From: Marsupella aquatica
Taxonomy: Eukaryota > Plantae > Marchantiophyta
Reading direction: 5' to 3'
NCBI GenBank assembly: GCA_973895155.1
Contig: OZ316891.1
Location: 22,587,884-22,651,883, forward strand
DNA: 64,000 nucleotides
Under the pieces are notes generated by a model, which had not been told where the DNA came from, did not search any database, and was given only the letters and a program-made list of their open reading frames with translations. Shown here piece by piece: positions 13,601 to 28,007 of the stretch. The first letter of the stretch is position 1; every line of letters starts with the position of its first letter. A program made the position numbers and the translations under genes.

Positions 13601-16600
13601 GGCTCATTCGCATCCAGATACAGTTTCTCCGCATCTTTGAAGGATTTAGTAGCCTCTAGCTCACGAGCTCGTTGCAAGAATAGTGCAGATGATTCACCCT
13701 CAGAGAGATGAATTGTGGCGACCTACACAGTTTGAATTCGTAAATATGATAGTGTTCCAGTCAAAAACTTCCTTCCCTTTCATCGGACTTTCCGACCTTG
13801 CGTTGCTTGTGGTCCTTTGTGCAGAGTATTTGTCAAAAAGGCCACATACAAGCAACTCCATTATGTTATTACTATGTAGTGATTCTCGACAGTAGATTGC
13901 ACACATAAACTAATATCAAAGAGACTTCACGACACACACATGACAGTAAGGAACTGGATGTGAAAGCTTTGGCTAATATTGAATCACGAAGATATACAGA
14001 ACATAAACCTAGACATTCTAACGTCTGATTAACTAACTGGCCGCTGTACTAACTAAGCTTATAAACTAATTCCCCAACAAATCGAGACTATCAGGTAAGT
14101 CTTAACTCAATTCAGTCCTTCGAACACCCACGGAAGGATGCGCAGAGAGGTTCGACTTTTGAATTGAAATGTGCAGTTTAGCAGTAAAGTACTTCGGTCA
14201 AGTTGGCATTGGATTTTAACCCAACAAAAGGTATTTTGCACCATTACATTCCAAGACTAGATAAAAACTCTGCATGGTGAACAACGAACTCTTTTTTTTT
14301 CTGCAAGGGATGTTCTCCGGAAATTGAACTTTGTCCTAACCTTGTGGGCGGCATCCCATTTATCAACACGCATGTACATCTCAACTGCCTCATTTGCAAG
14401 CTTGGCACGAACAAAGAATTTTTCTGCTTCCGAGTATTGTTGAGCTGCCTCGAAGTGACGTGCAAGTTGTTTGTAAAACGGGAGGCCCACCTTCAGTAGT
14501 AGACAAACAAGGACATTAGGAAGTGATGCCTTTGATGAGTGATAAATAGGAGTATTACCTTAACACTCGTTAAATTTGGGATGCAATTTACACACACACT
14601 CCAAAATTATTAATCCTATAGAAGTGCACACAAGAGCTCGTTCAAAAAACCAGATGCATGGACCGACTTTGGAGTTCTGTGCCTCCACAATTTGCACAGC
14701 CTTGGTCCACTGACATGACGCAATTGCAGCTTCAATAGCCTTCGTCCCGCAACCAGCTTCTATGAAGTGGCTGATAGCCGCATCCACCTATAAATGCAAC
14801 GAATGGCAAATCCTTGAATTCGTTGCCAATTTCTAGCCTCAGGCGTTGTGTGAAGTTAAAGATACTGACACCTTTGCGTCAGGCTACTCTTTGATGTTAC
14901 TCAACTCGGTTTTCCTGAGCCATTTGATTGCCAAACTTCATAAATTTTCAATGCCATCACTGTATTGGAAGTGCAACGGACATAGTGACTCTGTACAGCT
15001 CTACTTACGCTGCCTTAATTGCAGGTCCCAGCCTTTCTTGTTCCATTACCTCAAAACGAGCCGAAGTAAAATGTTGGGCTACTTGTACCTGGTACATCCT
15101 ACACAAATCCTAGCCTGGTTTCTCTTGGGATTCATAAGCACCTAAAGGGCTTTGTATTAATCTCCTAAAGTAGAAATTCTTTTGTCGTTTGATCTCCATA
15201 GTAACATGCACGAGATCCTCTAGTTGACAAATGTGACAGAAGAAGGTAAGGCTGCTGGTGAATGACAAAAGTTTTCAGAAAGGCAACTGAACCCACACAC
15301 CTGGTTTTGGGCGACCAACCAAGTTCCCCACTCTTCTTCCAAACAAACAACTTCACTAGGAAATACACGACGAGCGAGCTCAATTGCACGACGGTACGCA
15401 TGACCTCGACAATAAGCCTCCTTCGCACGGTCATACTTTCCAAGTCTCTCTAGAAAATCGCCTGCCTGTGGGAGACAAAAGAAATATTATGTCAAACCAT
15501 TTCTGTGCTGTTCAAGGTACATCTTTAGTTCCAAGAATGACGAAAAATGCGGCGAACTTAAAAAGTGGCTCCAAGGATGCTGCAAATCTAAGAGATATGA
15601 CCAATATTTACATCTTGCCTACCTAAATTCCGATTTGGGATTTTAGGCAGGTACACGGAGAAGTGGGTCTGAGAAACATCATTCTGGAACTCCATGTTTC
15701 CCTAAAAACCTACCAATCATTCGCCTCTATTGAAAATATTGTAGCGATGATACTTCTTCAAAATTCATCTCGAATCTAATGCGAATCTGTGATGGCGTAA
15801 ACTCGTATTGCTTATCAGCAAAGCTGATGCATGAGTAATCGAAATACTGATTTTTCGCAAGACTGGATAGAATGAGACCTAAGCTGATGATATCTTACTT
15901 TCTCAAACATGCCAGCTTGTTGCAGTGCTCCTGCTATTGACTCAAGAACCTCGCTCTGCCAATGTGGATTACAGTGTTGTCATTTAAGCATGCTATGAAA
16001 TGTTCTTATTGCAGAGAATTGGTATCTATGAAAGGTCAGTAGATTCTCTCTCTATATATATCCATCATTCCGAGATGCTGAGTTGAATGGAAAACTTGCA
16101 GAGCCTAATCAAAGTTCAAAACCACCTGAAAAGCAAATGAAGGGTGACTGTTTGCACATGCTGCGGCGTGTCCTGGAAGACCGCCATTCAGGAACAAAGA
16201 GATTGCGCCAAGGATATCTCCTTCTGATTCCTTAACCTTCCCAGCTTCCTCTTCCTGACATAAAATTTGGAATCACGCTTTCAGTCTACTCAACCATTAG
16301 CTGCACCTCGTCTTTTCAAGTTCTAGCTGTTGTGTCAAGAATAAACTGGACCGCTCGTCCAATACAAGTGGTGTCTTGGACATCGAATCCATCCATGGAA
16401 GATTTCAAAGTACTTCACTCTATCCTTGAGTTAGGCTGGGGCCACAACGATTAATATTTCAGACAGATTATTGGAGCGAGATTATTTGAGTCGCTGCAAC
16501 CCTTTAATTTTGGGAGATCATAATCTTTAGGGTACCTGTCCCGTTTGCAAAAGCCATTCAAAGTAACTCCGTCTTAAATTCTCAGCATCAGGATGGCTGT

Positions 16601-19600
16601 GACTCTCAGCAACAGCTATAGCTTCCTTCCACCTGTTCATCAAGTAAATTAATTTATGTTCAGAACACAGGGAGGAATAGTTCCTGAAATTGCCTTCACT
16701 GTGCCGACAGTAATTCCTGAAGTTCACTTTTGCTCTCCAATCGATTTATAATTGGTGACGAGGTAAGGTTAGTTAGGTCACTCGGTGGGTTAGTTAGGTC
16801 ATCGCGAAAGAAAATCCATTGATACCCTGTGTGTGATGCGGTTGTGTACAACCATCTCAAAATATATACCTATAGCAGAAACAATTGAGAATGTAACTTT
16901 CGTGTTCAATTTGCCAATATATGTTACATTCCGCTAGAACCAAACGGCATTTTCAAATGAGGGCACAACAGCACCTATGGCAATCTGTGTACATTTGGAT
17001 TGTCTCTGTAACGTGACCATGCTCCAGGAGGCATGTCTCTGCCACCTGAGTAGTCCAAATACACAACACTGTTACTAAAGCTAAGAAGGGTAAATACAGC
17101 GTGCCCATTCTACGTACATAAATAAAATTTTCATTAACGTCAGTCATTCTAGCGGTTCCGCTGCTATGACCTTCCATCTTGTTCCAAGCCAAAAACCGAC
17201 TTCTCATAGCCGATTTGAAATAAACATACGGAATTGGAATTCGTATGGACTGCTCTTTTTTGCCCCGAACAGGATGGGCACTACTAAATCAGGACTTCTA
17301 AGGAGAAAAGCAACCTTCCACTGGTGCTGAAGAAGGGCCAGTTTTGCTTGCACAAAATAATGATCCTTCCCATCATGTCCTGTCGCTTGAATAATTGCCT
17401 CAGAGGCCTTGTTGACCTGCCCAAATCTGACAATAGTAAGTATATTGGGTGGCAATAGTGCCCTTTCCAATACCAAAGTACAGTTTTTTATCATAAGTAT
17501 TTTCTTGTGTTACTCCTTAGCTCACAACGTCTAGAAATCTTTCCACGCATCCAGTATGTGTCAACCTTGTGCAGAAATCGAGCTTTAGCCACATCTCCGA
17601 GAGCTGCACAGCAGTGCTCTGCAACAAGTAACTCTTGATGGAACATTGCGGTCTCAGATAGCTGCACAAAACAGTTCTTCCCTTCTCACAAAAAACTTCT
17701 CGTGTTATGTTATGTTAAGTTATGCCCTGGAAACCGTATCATGCTACAGAATCGTATAGCGACAGGATGAGTACAGTGGTTTCTTGCGTTACTTATCTTT
17801 CCTTCCAAAAATGAGGACAGCAAAACCTCAAGAGGGTGAGGTCATCCACTTCTGCCCTTATATTACAATTGAAATAGAATTTTCTAGATCGGAGAAGCTT
17901 TGAAAACATTATGATAGACAGCTTGTTTGAAGATTAGAAGTATTTTAATTGTGATAGAAATTTCCTTGTGCGAGCTGGGGATACTCCGGACGTTAGCCAA
18001 TCAGAGTAGCACCCCAATTCGTTTACTCATTCATTCATATTCAGATGAGAAACCTGTAGGTCCGTTTCCTGGCATCAACTACAGATGCGGGATTCCGTTT
18101 AAATCAATAACGGGTCTATTACATTTCTAGTCTTTTGGTCTAGTGTATGATTTGCAACTCTGAACATCCTGTGTCGATCGTTGGTCCCATTAAGGGTAGC
18201 TGCTAGCTTTTTTAAGTGCGTTCACACAATTCCGCCTCACTGTCTATGGTCACAAATAATTGCTCCACACCTGTTTCCACATAGCTTGTGTCTCAGGTGT
18301 GAGTTGCAAAGGCTCGAGAATTGTAATTGCCCGGTCGTAGTCCAGATTTTCCAAAGCTGACCCGAACTCAATCAGTGCTTCATCTAGCACGTAGCTTACC
18401 TGCAGTCATTACTGAATTAAGGTGCCTCAGTTTCAGAAAGGGCTCCAAAAATCATCCTAATCCCTATGTAGATACGGGATGAACTGTTTAAGAGAATGAA
18501 TATCGTCATATTCTACCATTCTATTATATATACCCTTCACTATTCACGTTTGTGAATATCATAAATGGTCTACTGCAGTAGATGTGGTATTAAAGCTTCC
18601 TCCTCAATAAAGGACATCGGCACTTCGAATGAGCATGGACGACAGTCAAGCTCAATTTCTATCTCGTCATATTATAGGAATGAAAATGAGATCTCCACAT
18701 ACAGTTCCCTTTCATTTGGAGGGCAAGTATTGTAGCAGCCAGGATCAAAAATCCACTAGGAACGACAGAAGAAAAAAGTTAGAAAACAGTAGATGGCACA
18801 TACAATAATTCCAGCTTCATTTACTAGGATTTCTGTACGGTTTGATTTCCTTTCCATCCCTTCAACCTCCCCCTGTCCGACATGATAAGACAGCCCCACA
18901 AGTGTTAATTGCTTGAGCCATGCACGAAAAAAGAGAGTTTGGGCAATTTTCTCCTACTTTGTTTTTCAGAGAGTTCATAAACCTATAGATTTGTTCCCTT
19001 ATGCTGGTATGCTTTTCCTTATTCTGATAAGAACTCTCACTGCAAAGTGGAATCGCCATCTATTAATGAACTAGAAAGGTTTTTCGCCATAGGATTTGGA
19101 AAGGTTTTCGTGACAAGGACTCTTCCCCGATCAATAGCAACAGAGAAGTATACATACAGATGAAAGATATGCATGCAACAAGGTTTGCCTCATACATAAG
19201 CTCCAAGTGGCATCTTAGGTCAATTTGGAACGAAACCTTGATAGGAAAGATCGTTGCTTGTTCAGGATCTTTAATACTATACCAAATATAGAGATTTTCA
19301 CGGTTCTGAAACAACCATAGATCCATCAAGCGAGTCGTCAGTTCATCAGCAGTAACATTGCAACTGTGGTGAAGAAAGCGTCACTCCCGTGTAATGACAG
19401 GTTGAGAAAGGTGAAGACATGTTTATAACCCGCCAACTGTGCAGTTAGAGAGTCTTTTTATTAGTTTGATCTGGTCTTACCTGAGCAACCACCACGTCAC
19501 TCCCAGGCACCCACTGTACATAGCTGCAAAAGTTCAGCATAGTGGTCCGTTCCTGTATCAAAATGAGCTTCAGTTTAGTCTGCGTCCAGTTCAGGATAAA

Positions 19601-22600
19601 TGCCACGCCAGGAGGAAAAGTGGACCGCTCATTTTGGTAATCATAACCAAAATCAGGTTGGTAATCATAATAGATTATTGCATGTTCGCTGATAATCGGA
19701 TTGCTACTGTTCCAGTGCTTTTTGACCGTTTCTTTATGAACGTCAATAACAGATGATCTGGAGTGATATGTTGGTTCTAATACAGATGATTGAGTGTCGA
19801 TCACCTGGCTGGCAATGTGGAATAGATGTAGTTGTTTTTTCTTATCACGGAAAAGCAAATGGGTCGCAAGTGGATTCAGCTCGAGCCAATCAACTTTCAA
19901 CTCGTGAACCACGGTTCCTGCTGTCACTCCTCTGCTCACAGCGACAGATCAGGCAAATAAAGAGCAAACATTGACGAAAACCAAAATACCAAAGAGCAAA
20001 TATTGAAGCTTTCCGCAGAATCAATATCCCTACCAGCCTAGATGCCCACACTTGGAACTTAAATACTCAAAGAAAATATATCAAGTTGAGTGAAACATAC
20101 TATTCCTAGAATCTGATCTTCATGTATACTTGCCTCACAAGATCTAAGATCCTTATGGTGTGAAGATCAATGAGGTAAGCCATTTTTTTAACTTCCTCGT
20201 GCGCTGAGTTCTCTGAGGTGCGCCCCATCTCATTCAAACGAATGCTGATGAGATAAGGACTGACGTGCTCTGTTCGGCAAGTGCCCAACACTTTGTTGCA
20301 CCCATACTCTACCAGTGATAATTCGCCCGCATTGTGGACCATACAAACCAAAGGATTGTCCAGCACAAAGATTTCATTTCCACCACCACACCAAGGAACC
20401 TGTTGCAAACGAGATACAGTATATTCGCTCCGCTTTCTAACATACGAGCAGAATTGAAACCGCTTGGAAGAATCTTAGAGATATGTGCAAATTAGGAAAA
20501 ATTGGCACATTTCAGCACAAATTTGAAGACTCACCTCTGAAAGTTTGTAGGTCTCAAGATTGCCCATAAGCAAGGTCTTTGGGGTGTGTGCTATGAGATA
20601 CTGCATAAGTTCGAGTGACAAACTTAGTTCACCGCCTGCTTTAACAGAAATCTCATTGAAGACTTCTCCAAGGACATGCTGACCTCGAATGACAGAAAAA
20701 CGTCTCGCTGTAATCTACAAGAATCCTGGACCAGGTATCTCAAGCGGCTGTGCAATTATATCTGACAACGGAACTTGTATTGTTGAGGAGAATCTACTGA
20801 CTGCCGGACCACAATCTCTTTTGCGGATTCTTGAGCATCTAAATATATCAAATTCACTTCTTCCACCGATTGATCTAAGTTCACAACAACGCCAATATAC
20901 TTGAAAATTTCTTAGAGTTGACAGAAAGGGAAGTTAGATGTGTATTCAGCTCAATTATGTAAGATGCTTCCATATATCTGTCCCCGTTCACAGAGATTGT
21001 TCAGAATCCTGAACGGGGACAGAATTGCTTTTCACAGAGATTGTTCAGATTGTTCAAGGCAAAAGAAATTCTGAACAATCTCTGTGAAAAGGCCATGTTC
21101 TAGGAACGTTTTATTCGCAGCCTGGTATGTGCCAAGTTTATTTTGAATTTTTTGCGGTTTGAGAAAGCCTCTATTCTGATTTGTCCAATTTGGCGGTCAG
21201 GTTTCTTAGAGCATCTTTATATCGCCGGGTTCTGATGTGGTCCATTAAATTCAGATTATAAAGCAATGGGTGAGTAGTGCGCACCTGATCATGGTAGATG
21301 TTGATTTGTGTTATCTCCCATCCTTGGTGTGAGCGGAGCATAGTTCGACTACCTGTTGAAAGACGTCTCACTATCACCTATACAAAGAGTTCAGGGTACA
21401 ACTTACAGAACTAGGCTTGGAAGATCAATTTTCACAACTTATCCCATTTCGGACCCGTGCACTTCAAATTTGACCTTTTTATCCCTTTCTGTTTCTCCTA
21501 ATTCTTTTTATCACCTAAGGAAGTAGGGTCAGCCATTTACGAGGGGACAAGAGTTAAGAAAGAATATCACTTTCTTGGTATATTTACGAGGGCACAAGTG
21601 TTAAGAAAGAATATCACTTTCTTGGTATATTTACGAGGGCACAAGAGTTAAGAAAGAATATCACTTTCTTGGTATTTCAGAACAATCAGCAGAACAGTTC
21701 TAAAACAAATTCTCCAGTCACATCACAGGATGCAACACGAAAGATTGGCATTATAACCAAGAATATCACTTTCTTCGTATTTAAGAACAATCAGCAGAAC
21801 AGTTCTAAAACAAATTCTCCAGTCACATCACAGGATGCAACACGAAAGATGGCATTATAACAAGGACACCATATTCAGCCTTGCAATGCTTGGCCAGATC
21901 TACGACAGAGAATTGTAAAGTCAATGAACAACAATTCTTTGGGTCAATTGTCCTCTCTTATTTCTGAACAGCTGAAAACTCATCACTGAGAAGTCACGTC
22001 AAAGCTCAGCGATAGAGAGGGAAACGGTAGATACCTGGCTTTTGGTAATGTAGGTTAACTCGAACTTTCCCTGGTAGCGATATTGCCGGAGGCACACATC
22101 GTATACATCAACGTTGCCACATAAGCATCCAGCGGCAAGCTGACTGCCGAGCCAGATTACAACTGTCAAAGGATTACCTCAGAAGTCTCAATTTCAAAGG
22201 AAAACGACGTTATCAGAAAACCCTTGCACTTATGCTTTTGCAGAGTTTGGGAAAGTCAGCTAGATCACGGACCTGCCATCCGGCTTCCAGCTCAGAGTGG
22301 ATACGCTGTACAGGTTCTCTACAATCATCTCTCCAATGTCCTCCCATACGCCAGGCTGGTTTGATTCACTGTACAAGAAATTGCAGTCTTCAGTCTTTGA
22401 TGGATCCATGACAAGTGCCTTGAGGAGCCGTCAGCCTCTCCCTAAGACAATTTCGAAGTTCAAAGCTGCAGGCTACAAGGCTCCAGGTAGACTTGACACT
22501 AGTTGTTTGATCTTCCCTTTCATGATCAGTAGCTTTTGGTACGACAGACTTCTGTGCAGGAATACCTGAAGATGTGAAATCCATTGTAGCATCCAAAAAC

Positions 22601-25600
22601 AACAGTCTCTCCCACTGGGTTGAAGCAGGCTGTGACAAACTCTTGCGCAACCTGCAATATTTTCAGAAAAGGATGTCATGATGCTGTAGTTAATGACGAG
22701 GTGGACACACCTTCATTGATTCATGTCGTCGTACATACGATATGGCTCCCTGAGTTGAAAGCCAAGAGTATACAAAGAACTGCCAAAGAATTATTGAAAC
22801 GGTTTGACTAGTATATAAGGTATATCATGGTACCATATCGTTGCTGTAGTCGAACTGTTGTATGACCTCTCCATTTAAATTATAGAATGTCACCTACGTT
22901 CCATTAAACAAAATTCAAACAACAAGTTACCATTCAGACAAGCACAGAGTCGGAGAACTATTTGAAAGTTAAATCAGCAGATGATAGTTTGCAATAACTA
23001 AAGCTTTGTACTTCGTTTTGAAAACAGAATTGAATTTCACACAGTAATCGTAGCTTCCAGCCACCTTATTTATCCGAAGACCCATAGCTCCTAAAGGTTT
23101 CCTACAAAAGGTATAAAATATGATATATGACAAGTACATTGAACATAAATCTCATGTGAGACAAATCAACCGCCTGCTCCAAAGCACCTTAGACAAAGAT
23201 AAGTGACGTTTACCTTGCAGTCTGGCCCAGATACAACAATACTTTTCCCCCAAGCTAATACAGTAGGGACACCTCCTGCAAAATTGGAATTTTTTTTCAA
23301 TTAACCGATGCATGTGTGCTTCTACTGGACAGTGAAGCAGTTGTAGTGGTTAAGGGTTAATGGTTAATCACGCCAGAACCAACGTTATTTATTTACAATC
23401 AAATATTCTGAAGCATGATCTTTAGTATCCTGCCCCTTTCAGTTACATTTTTGCTGCGCGTGATTGAAAGATTAAAGTTTGTTTGACTTAGACTAGATCT
23501 GAATACAAATGAAATCCCAGGGCAGACTAGTAATCTCGAAAAGTACAGCATGGACAGAGGCACACACCATAATTTGCAAACTTGACGGCAGAAACACTGG
23601 TCGCTCCATTTTCTAAAATCAACCTTCCGCAAGTGAAGAAGCCACTGACACATTAGTTAACATACTTTTGCATGACTCTGCTTTCCCTGTTCCCAAGACA
23701 GTTCAAATAATATTCGCTCTTGAAATTAACTTGAGACTGCAATTTTACGTTTGTCTCTTATCGATCAACCAGCACAACCAAATCCGTGGAGCAATCTGTT
23801 TATAATGTTAATAGGTTGGTTTTGAACTTCAAGAACCTGTATATTGAGCCATCCAAATGGCCAGCAAGGCTCACAGATCCATCAGGACAGGAGGCGAGGC
23901 TGACAATAGCACTACCCGCCTGACCATGAGCATAGGCAGTGACAGTTCGATTTGAACGCAGCTGACCAACCTGCCAGAATGTAAGTTCAAAAGTAATTAA
24001 CTTCAAACCAGGAGTTGAGCCAGGATTCGTGATTTGAAAGTGGTCAGCACAACTTCTGACTCTTAGATGTATGGATGCTCCAAAACACAGTTATACGATG
24101 GGTTCTTCCTATGAGAATTTACTAACCAGCAGATCTTAGAGTGAAATCTCTACAAATCTGTGCTCTCTTAAGAGGCTTGAAAGTGAAGGTAAGCACCTTC
24201 ACTTTTCCATCCGTCAAGCCAAAGAGAATCTCGTGTTGATGAATGCTGGGCCAAATTATGCATGTGATGGAAGCCGTTTGCAACAATTTGTTGCATATGG
24301 TTTTTTTGTCACCCCACTCTGTTCTGCAGTGGCGGATCCTCAAGTTTTAAAGAACCACTTCAGGACATTCAGAGCCTACTTTGTCAACATCATTTTAGAA
24401 TCTTTGTACAGTGCTTTATTCTTTCATGGAATAATTAGCAAATGATCACAGGGTGTTGGTCCCTGTATGAGTTGAGGTGACTACATGGAACTAATTTAGC
24501 TGCGCTTTATCAAGCACAACATTCTTCAGGCATACCATGAACTGCAAGATAATCAGTGAAGTTCTTGACTTGTACCACAAGAGCTATCCGAGGAGCAAGA
24601 CATCATTGACCTCCCAAGGATCAAAGTGAAGTAAAGTACCCTATCTTGTAGACGAAAATGATGTCATCACTCTGGGCAATAGCTAATCTCGTGCTATCTG
24701 GAGAGAATGCCATTCCGATTACTGTGTATAACTTGGACCCCTGCAATGTGTCCAAATTTGAGAAGTAGTTTGTTAGGACCTTGGACTTTGCTAGTGATAA
24801 ATTCCTCTCCCCGTTGTAGCCGTCACTACGGCTTGGCTCTTTTGCATCAGGGCACTCAAGACGGACAAAACGTTCCTCCTTCCAGTCAACTGAATTAGGC
24901 GAATGCCATTTTTTGCTCTTTTGTCTTGAACTGTTGAATTTGGGGAGTCGCTAGTTGCAAGGACACATCTTTCCTCATCTTGGCTGCAACTACTTGCAAT
25001 ACCATCAAATATTGGTCCTCCTTAGCTACGATGCACATTGATATCTCGGCAACCGTCCTATTTTCAGATTCGTCGTTCGAAGCCAGCCAAGTTACGAAGT
25101 CCAATCCAACACAACATAACATCCTAGCTTAGAGTCTCGTTTGAGACTGGCGATGTTAAAAGTCTTACTTAGAATCTGCGTAGCATGGCTACCTGAGCCC
25201 GCAAAGAAGGCTGACAGATCGTACCTTGGGATCGGCTGCCTTAGTGGAAAACTTGTCCTTGAGATCTCCATTCTCATCAAAAAGACTAACGATGCGACTC
25301 AAAGTTACAGCGGCCAACCGTCGACTGGAAGCAAGCGACCACAACCACAACCACAACCACAACATTAGCAGCAAATAGGATCTCTCTTATCATCAGGAGA
25401 GACAATGCAAGCAACTCCAAGCACACCTGTGAAGTAGCCAGCAAACTCAGATTGTTGCACTCTTATCCGGATAAAACAGGACTCAGCACGCATCTGCTTG
25501 AGCGCAAAACAGGGTGCTGACTGCCGAGCGAAATAATGATTCCTCCATATTGTACCATGCGCGATGTACAGTAGATGGTAGCCACAGAGGTTTAAGGGCA

Positions 25601-26546
25601 CGCGATAATTTAGAGTCGAGGAGGATCGGAAAATATACCCATGCACGGCCCTGTTTGCCAGACCTAATTTCCCGTTATTCTACTTAGATTTACATCCGGA
25701 AGACGAATTCTTCTTTGTCCAATGCTAATGGCCCAGAGGATTCTTCCAGTCTTCTGGTAACAAATATCCTTCACTGCGAGCCATGCCCACATAATAGTGT
25801 TCTTCGAGTAGTAACATTGAGAAATGCGAATTCGCCCGTAGTCTTCATCGCTCGTTGACGACGCCACCAATTTCGGTCTCATCCTACGAGTTCATATTTC
25901 AGAGTTTACAATATCTGAGAATTGCATCTCTACAAATTTTAACGAATTCTTCTGGACAGTTGGATAATCAAACGTGGCTATGGAGGCGTCGAAGCGAACG
26001 TGTTTTGAATATCTTCGGGGAGATTTGTTGCTTCTTGAGTTCATTTTTAGTTTTGTACACCGTATACCCTCAGGCTGGAGGTCTCAACAACTAAGCTGCG
26101 GCTCATTATCGCAGAAGAAACCAGTTACTTTTACCAAGGCCCGGGTTTGGAGGCGGGACTGAAACTCAAGCATGCTTTGGGATACTCAGGTGGCAAAACA
26201 ATGGCATTTCAATCAGTTCGTATGCAAGAGTAAACCGACACAACATCAGTGACGAAGTCAACAGACTTGCTATCCAAATGAAGGTGTCACGATTAATTGA
26301 AGTGAGCAATCGATACTCTACTTTCTTGGGGGATGGCCTCCAACTCCCACGCATGTGACGAGAAAATCAAGTTTGTTAGGAGTCTAATTGATTCCAAGAG
26401 TTTCAAATTTCATTTTGTCAAGGAACTGGTTGTCGACCCAGAGGTGCGTTGATAGTGAGTCACCTGTTGGGAGCCCAGGCAAGAGCTGTGACCTTAGCAA
26501 TGCTGGTGGTTGGAGGCAACACGGAATTGACATAGCGCAGCTGCAT
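4669..26546 (-). CDS. IFT172: Intraflagellar transport protein 172 (multi-exon, dozens of GT-AG introns)
   Basis: Exon 1 (26546-26464) reads [28 protein letters not shown]. Later exons include [123 protein letters not shown] and EEVRDWV. The last exon is [17 protein letters not shown], with the stop at 4669. Confidence 0.96.
5122..5214. mobile_element. Small MITE-like inverted-repeat element in the last IFT172 intron
   Basis: ctagactataaccctgcgtctgga (5122-5145) matches the reverse complement of 5191-5214 at 20/24 positions. Confidence 0.4.
20977..21091. repeat. Nested double inverted repeat in an IFT172 intron
   Basis: Perfect 14-bp IR at 20977-20990/21010-21023 and perfect 22-bp IR at 21028-21049/21070-21091. 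Confidence 0.85.
21535..21862. repeat. Intronic tandem repeats (~46 bp x3, then ~102 bp x2)
   Basis: atttacgaggg..ttaagaaagaatatcactttcttggtat x3; aacaatcagcagaacagttctaaaac..ggcattataac x2. Confidence 0.9.
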
Positions 26547-27659
26547 TGTAGGTCCTCACTGCGACCAAGAACGAGAAATTGTTGTCCCGTAAGCCAGCTA
26601 GGAAGACCGAGGCGGGACTTAGTGCTTTTAATTTTCGCTCCAGTGCCCCATTTGCGATCGTTGATCAAGTTGCGGAATCTGCTGTCTTCTTCAGCGTTTA
26701 GAGGCTAGCGCCAACTTTGAGAATTACGAAAGGCACGTAACGGGACTTTCGATCAATCATAGGCACCGCTGTGGCCGGCTCTGTCAGCTATAACGAATTG
26801 TTTTCGGTGGTCGACTCCGCACCGGTGTGATGTAACAGACGGTTGTCCCTTGGTTTGTAACATACGAAACTGTCTACTTGAACCTAATGGCAGACAATCC
26901 ATTTCACGGATACCTCAAAATGCCACGGAGAGATCCCGAGGAGGACTCTAAACAAGCGGAAATTTTATTCACTTCTCATGAACTCGTACTCTGCTTGCCT
27001 TTAAGGCGAAGAAGAAGAAACCATCCGCCTCATCCTCATTACTCTAAACACAATGAAGCTTTCACTGACATGTCGTAACGAGACCCTGGCAACAGGAATT
27101 CAAGCACCCAGAACCTTCAGCGTCTTCTGCATTTGCTTAAACTTGGCCTGACTTGAAAAGAAATTCAGCAGCTTCGTTTTCTACAGAGATGAAAATGAGA
27201 CAATCAGATTGAGTGGTTTTTGGTTACGCCGGACTCAGAATGCACAGCTGAGGATCCACATCGTTCAGAAAAACTTTAGAAATTCAGGAATCCTCAGTCG
27301 AAGGATTCAGTTTAGAAATTCAAGAATCCTCAGTCGAATGATCTAATTGCAGTGCATGGTAAAGGGATTCTCGAATGACAGAGGAGTTCGACTGAAGTGC
27401 AGTACGAAGAATGGGGACGAGAGTTCTGAGAAACTAGGAAATCGGACCGAGGTCTTGTAAATCTCCTTTGGTGGTGAGCACCTCTCTCGTTCGTCGTGGC
27501 AAGTCAGTTAGTGCGAGGCTGCTTTGTGCATCTTTTAGAAGACCGGAAGAAAGGATATGGTAATGACTGTGACCAGAAAGTGAGGAAAAGTGAGGAAAAG
27601 TGAGGAAATGCTGATCAGTTTTTTCTGAGCTTTGACCCAAACAGTTTTTATCATACATA

Positions 27660-27962
27660 TTACCGCCCGGAAAACAGATTACGAGATAAGACTTTCCGGG
27701 GGGTTATGGCAATGGTAGCAACTAGTAGAAAAGATTACACACCCCATAACCTTTCTTCCTCACAGGAATTACTGTCACTAGGCTAAGTCAGGGCCATCTT
27801 GCATTTAACCTCCTTGCGCATCTTTTACAAGACCTAAAGAAAACACCCATAACCTTCTTCCTCACATGAATTACTGTCACTAGGCTAAGTCAGGGCCATC
27901 TTGCATTTAACCTCCTTGCGCATCTTTTACAAGACCTAAAGAAAGGTCACTGGGCTAAGGGC

Positions 27963-28007
<45 letters not shown>

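Noticed and set aside
27072-27093. X-box-like half site (..ctggcaac) upstream of IFT172
   Set aside because: Only one half matches, and RFX factors are not known in land plants.
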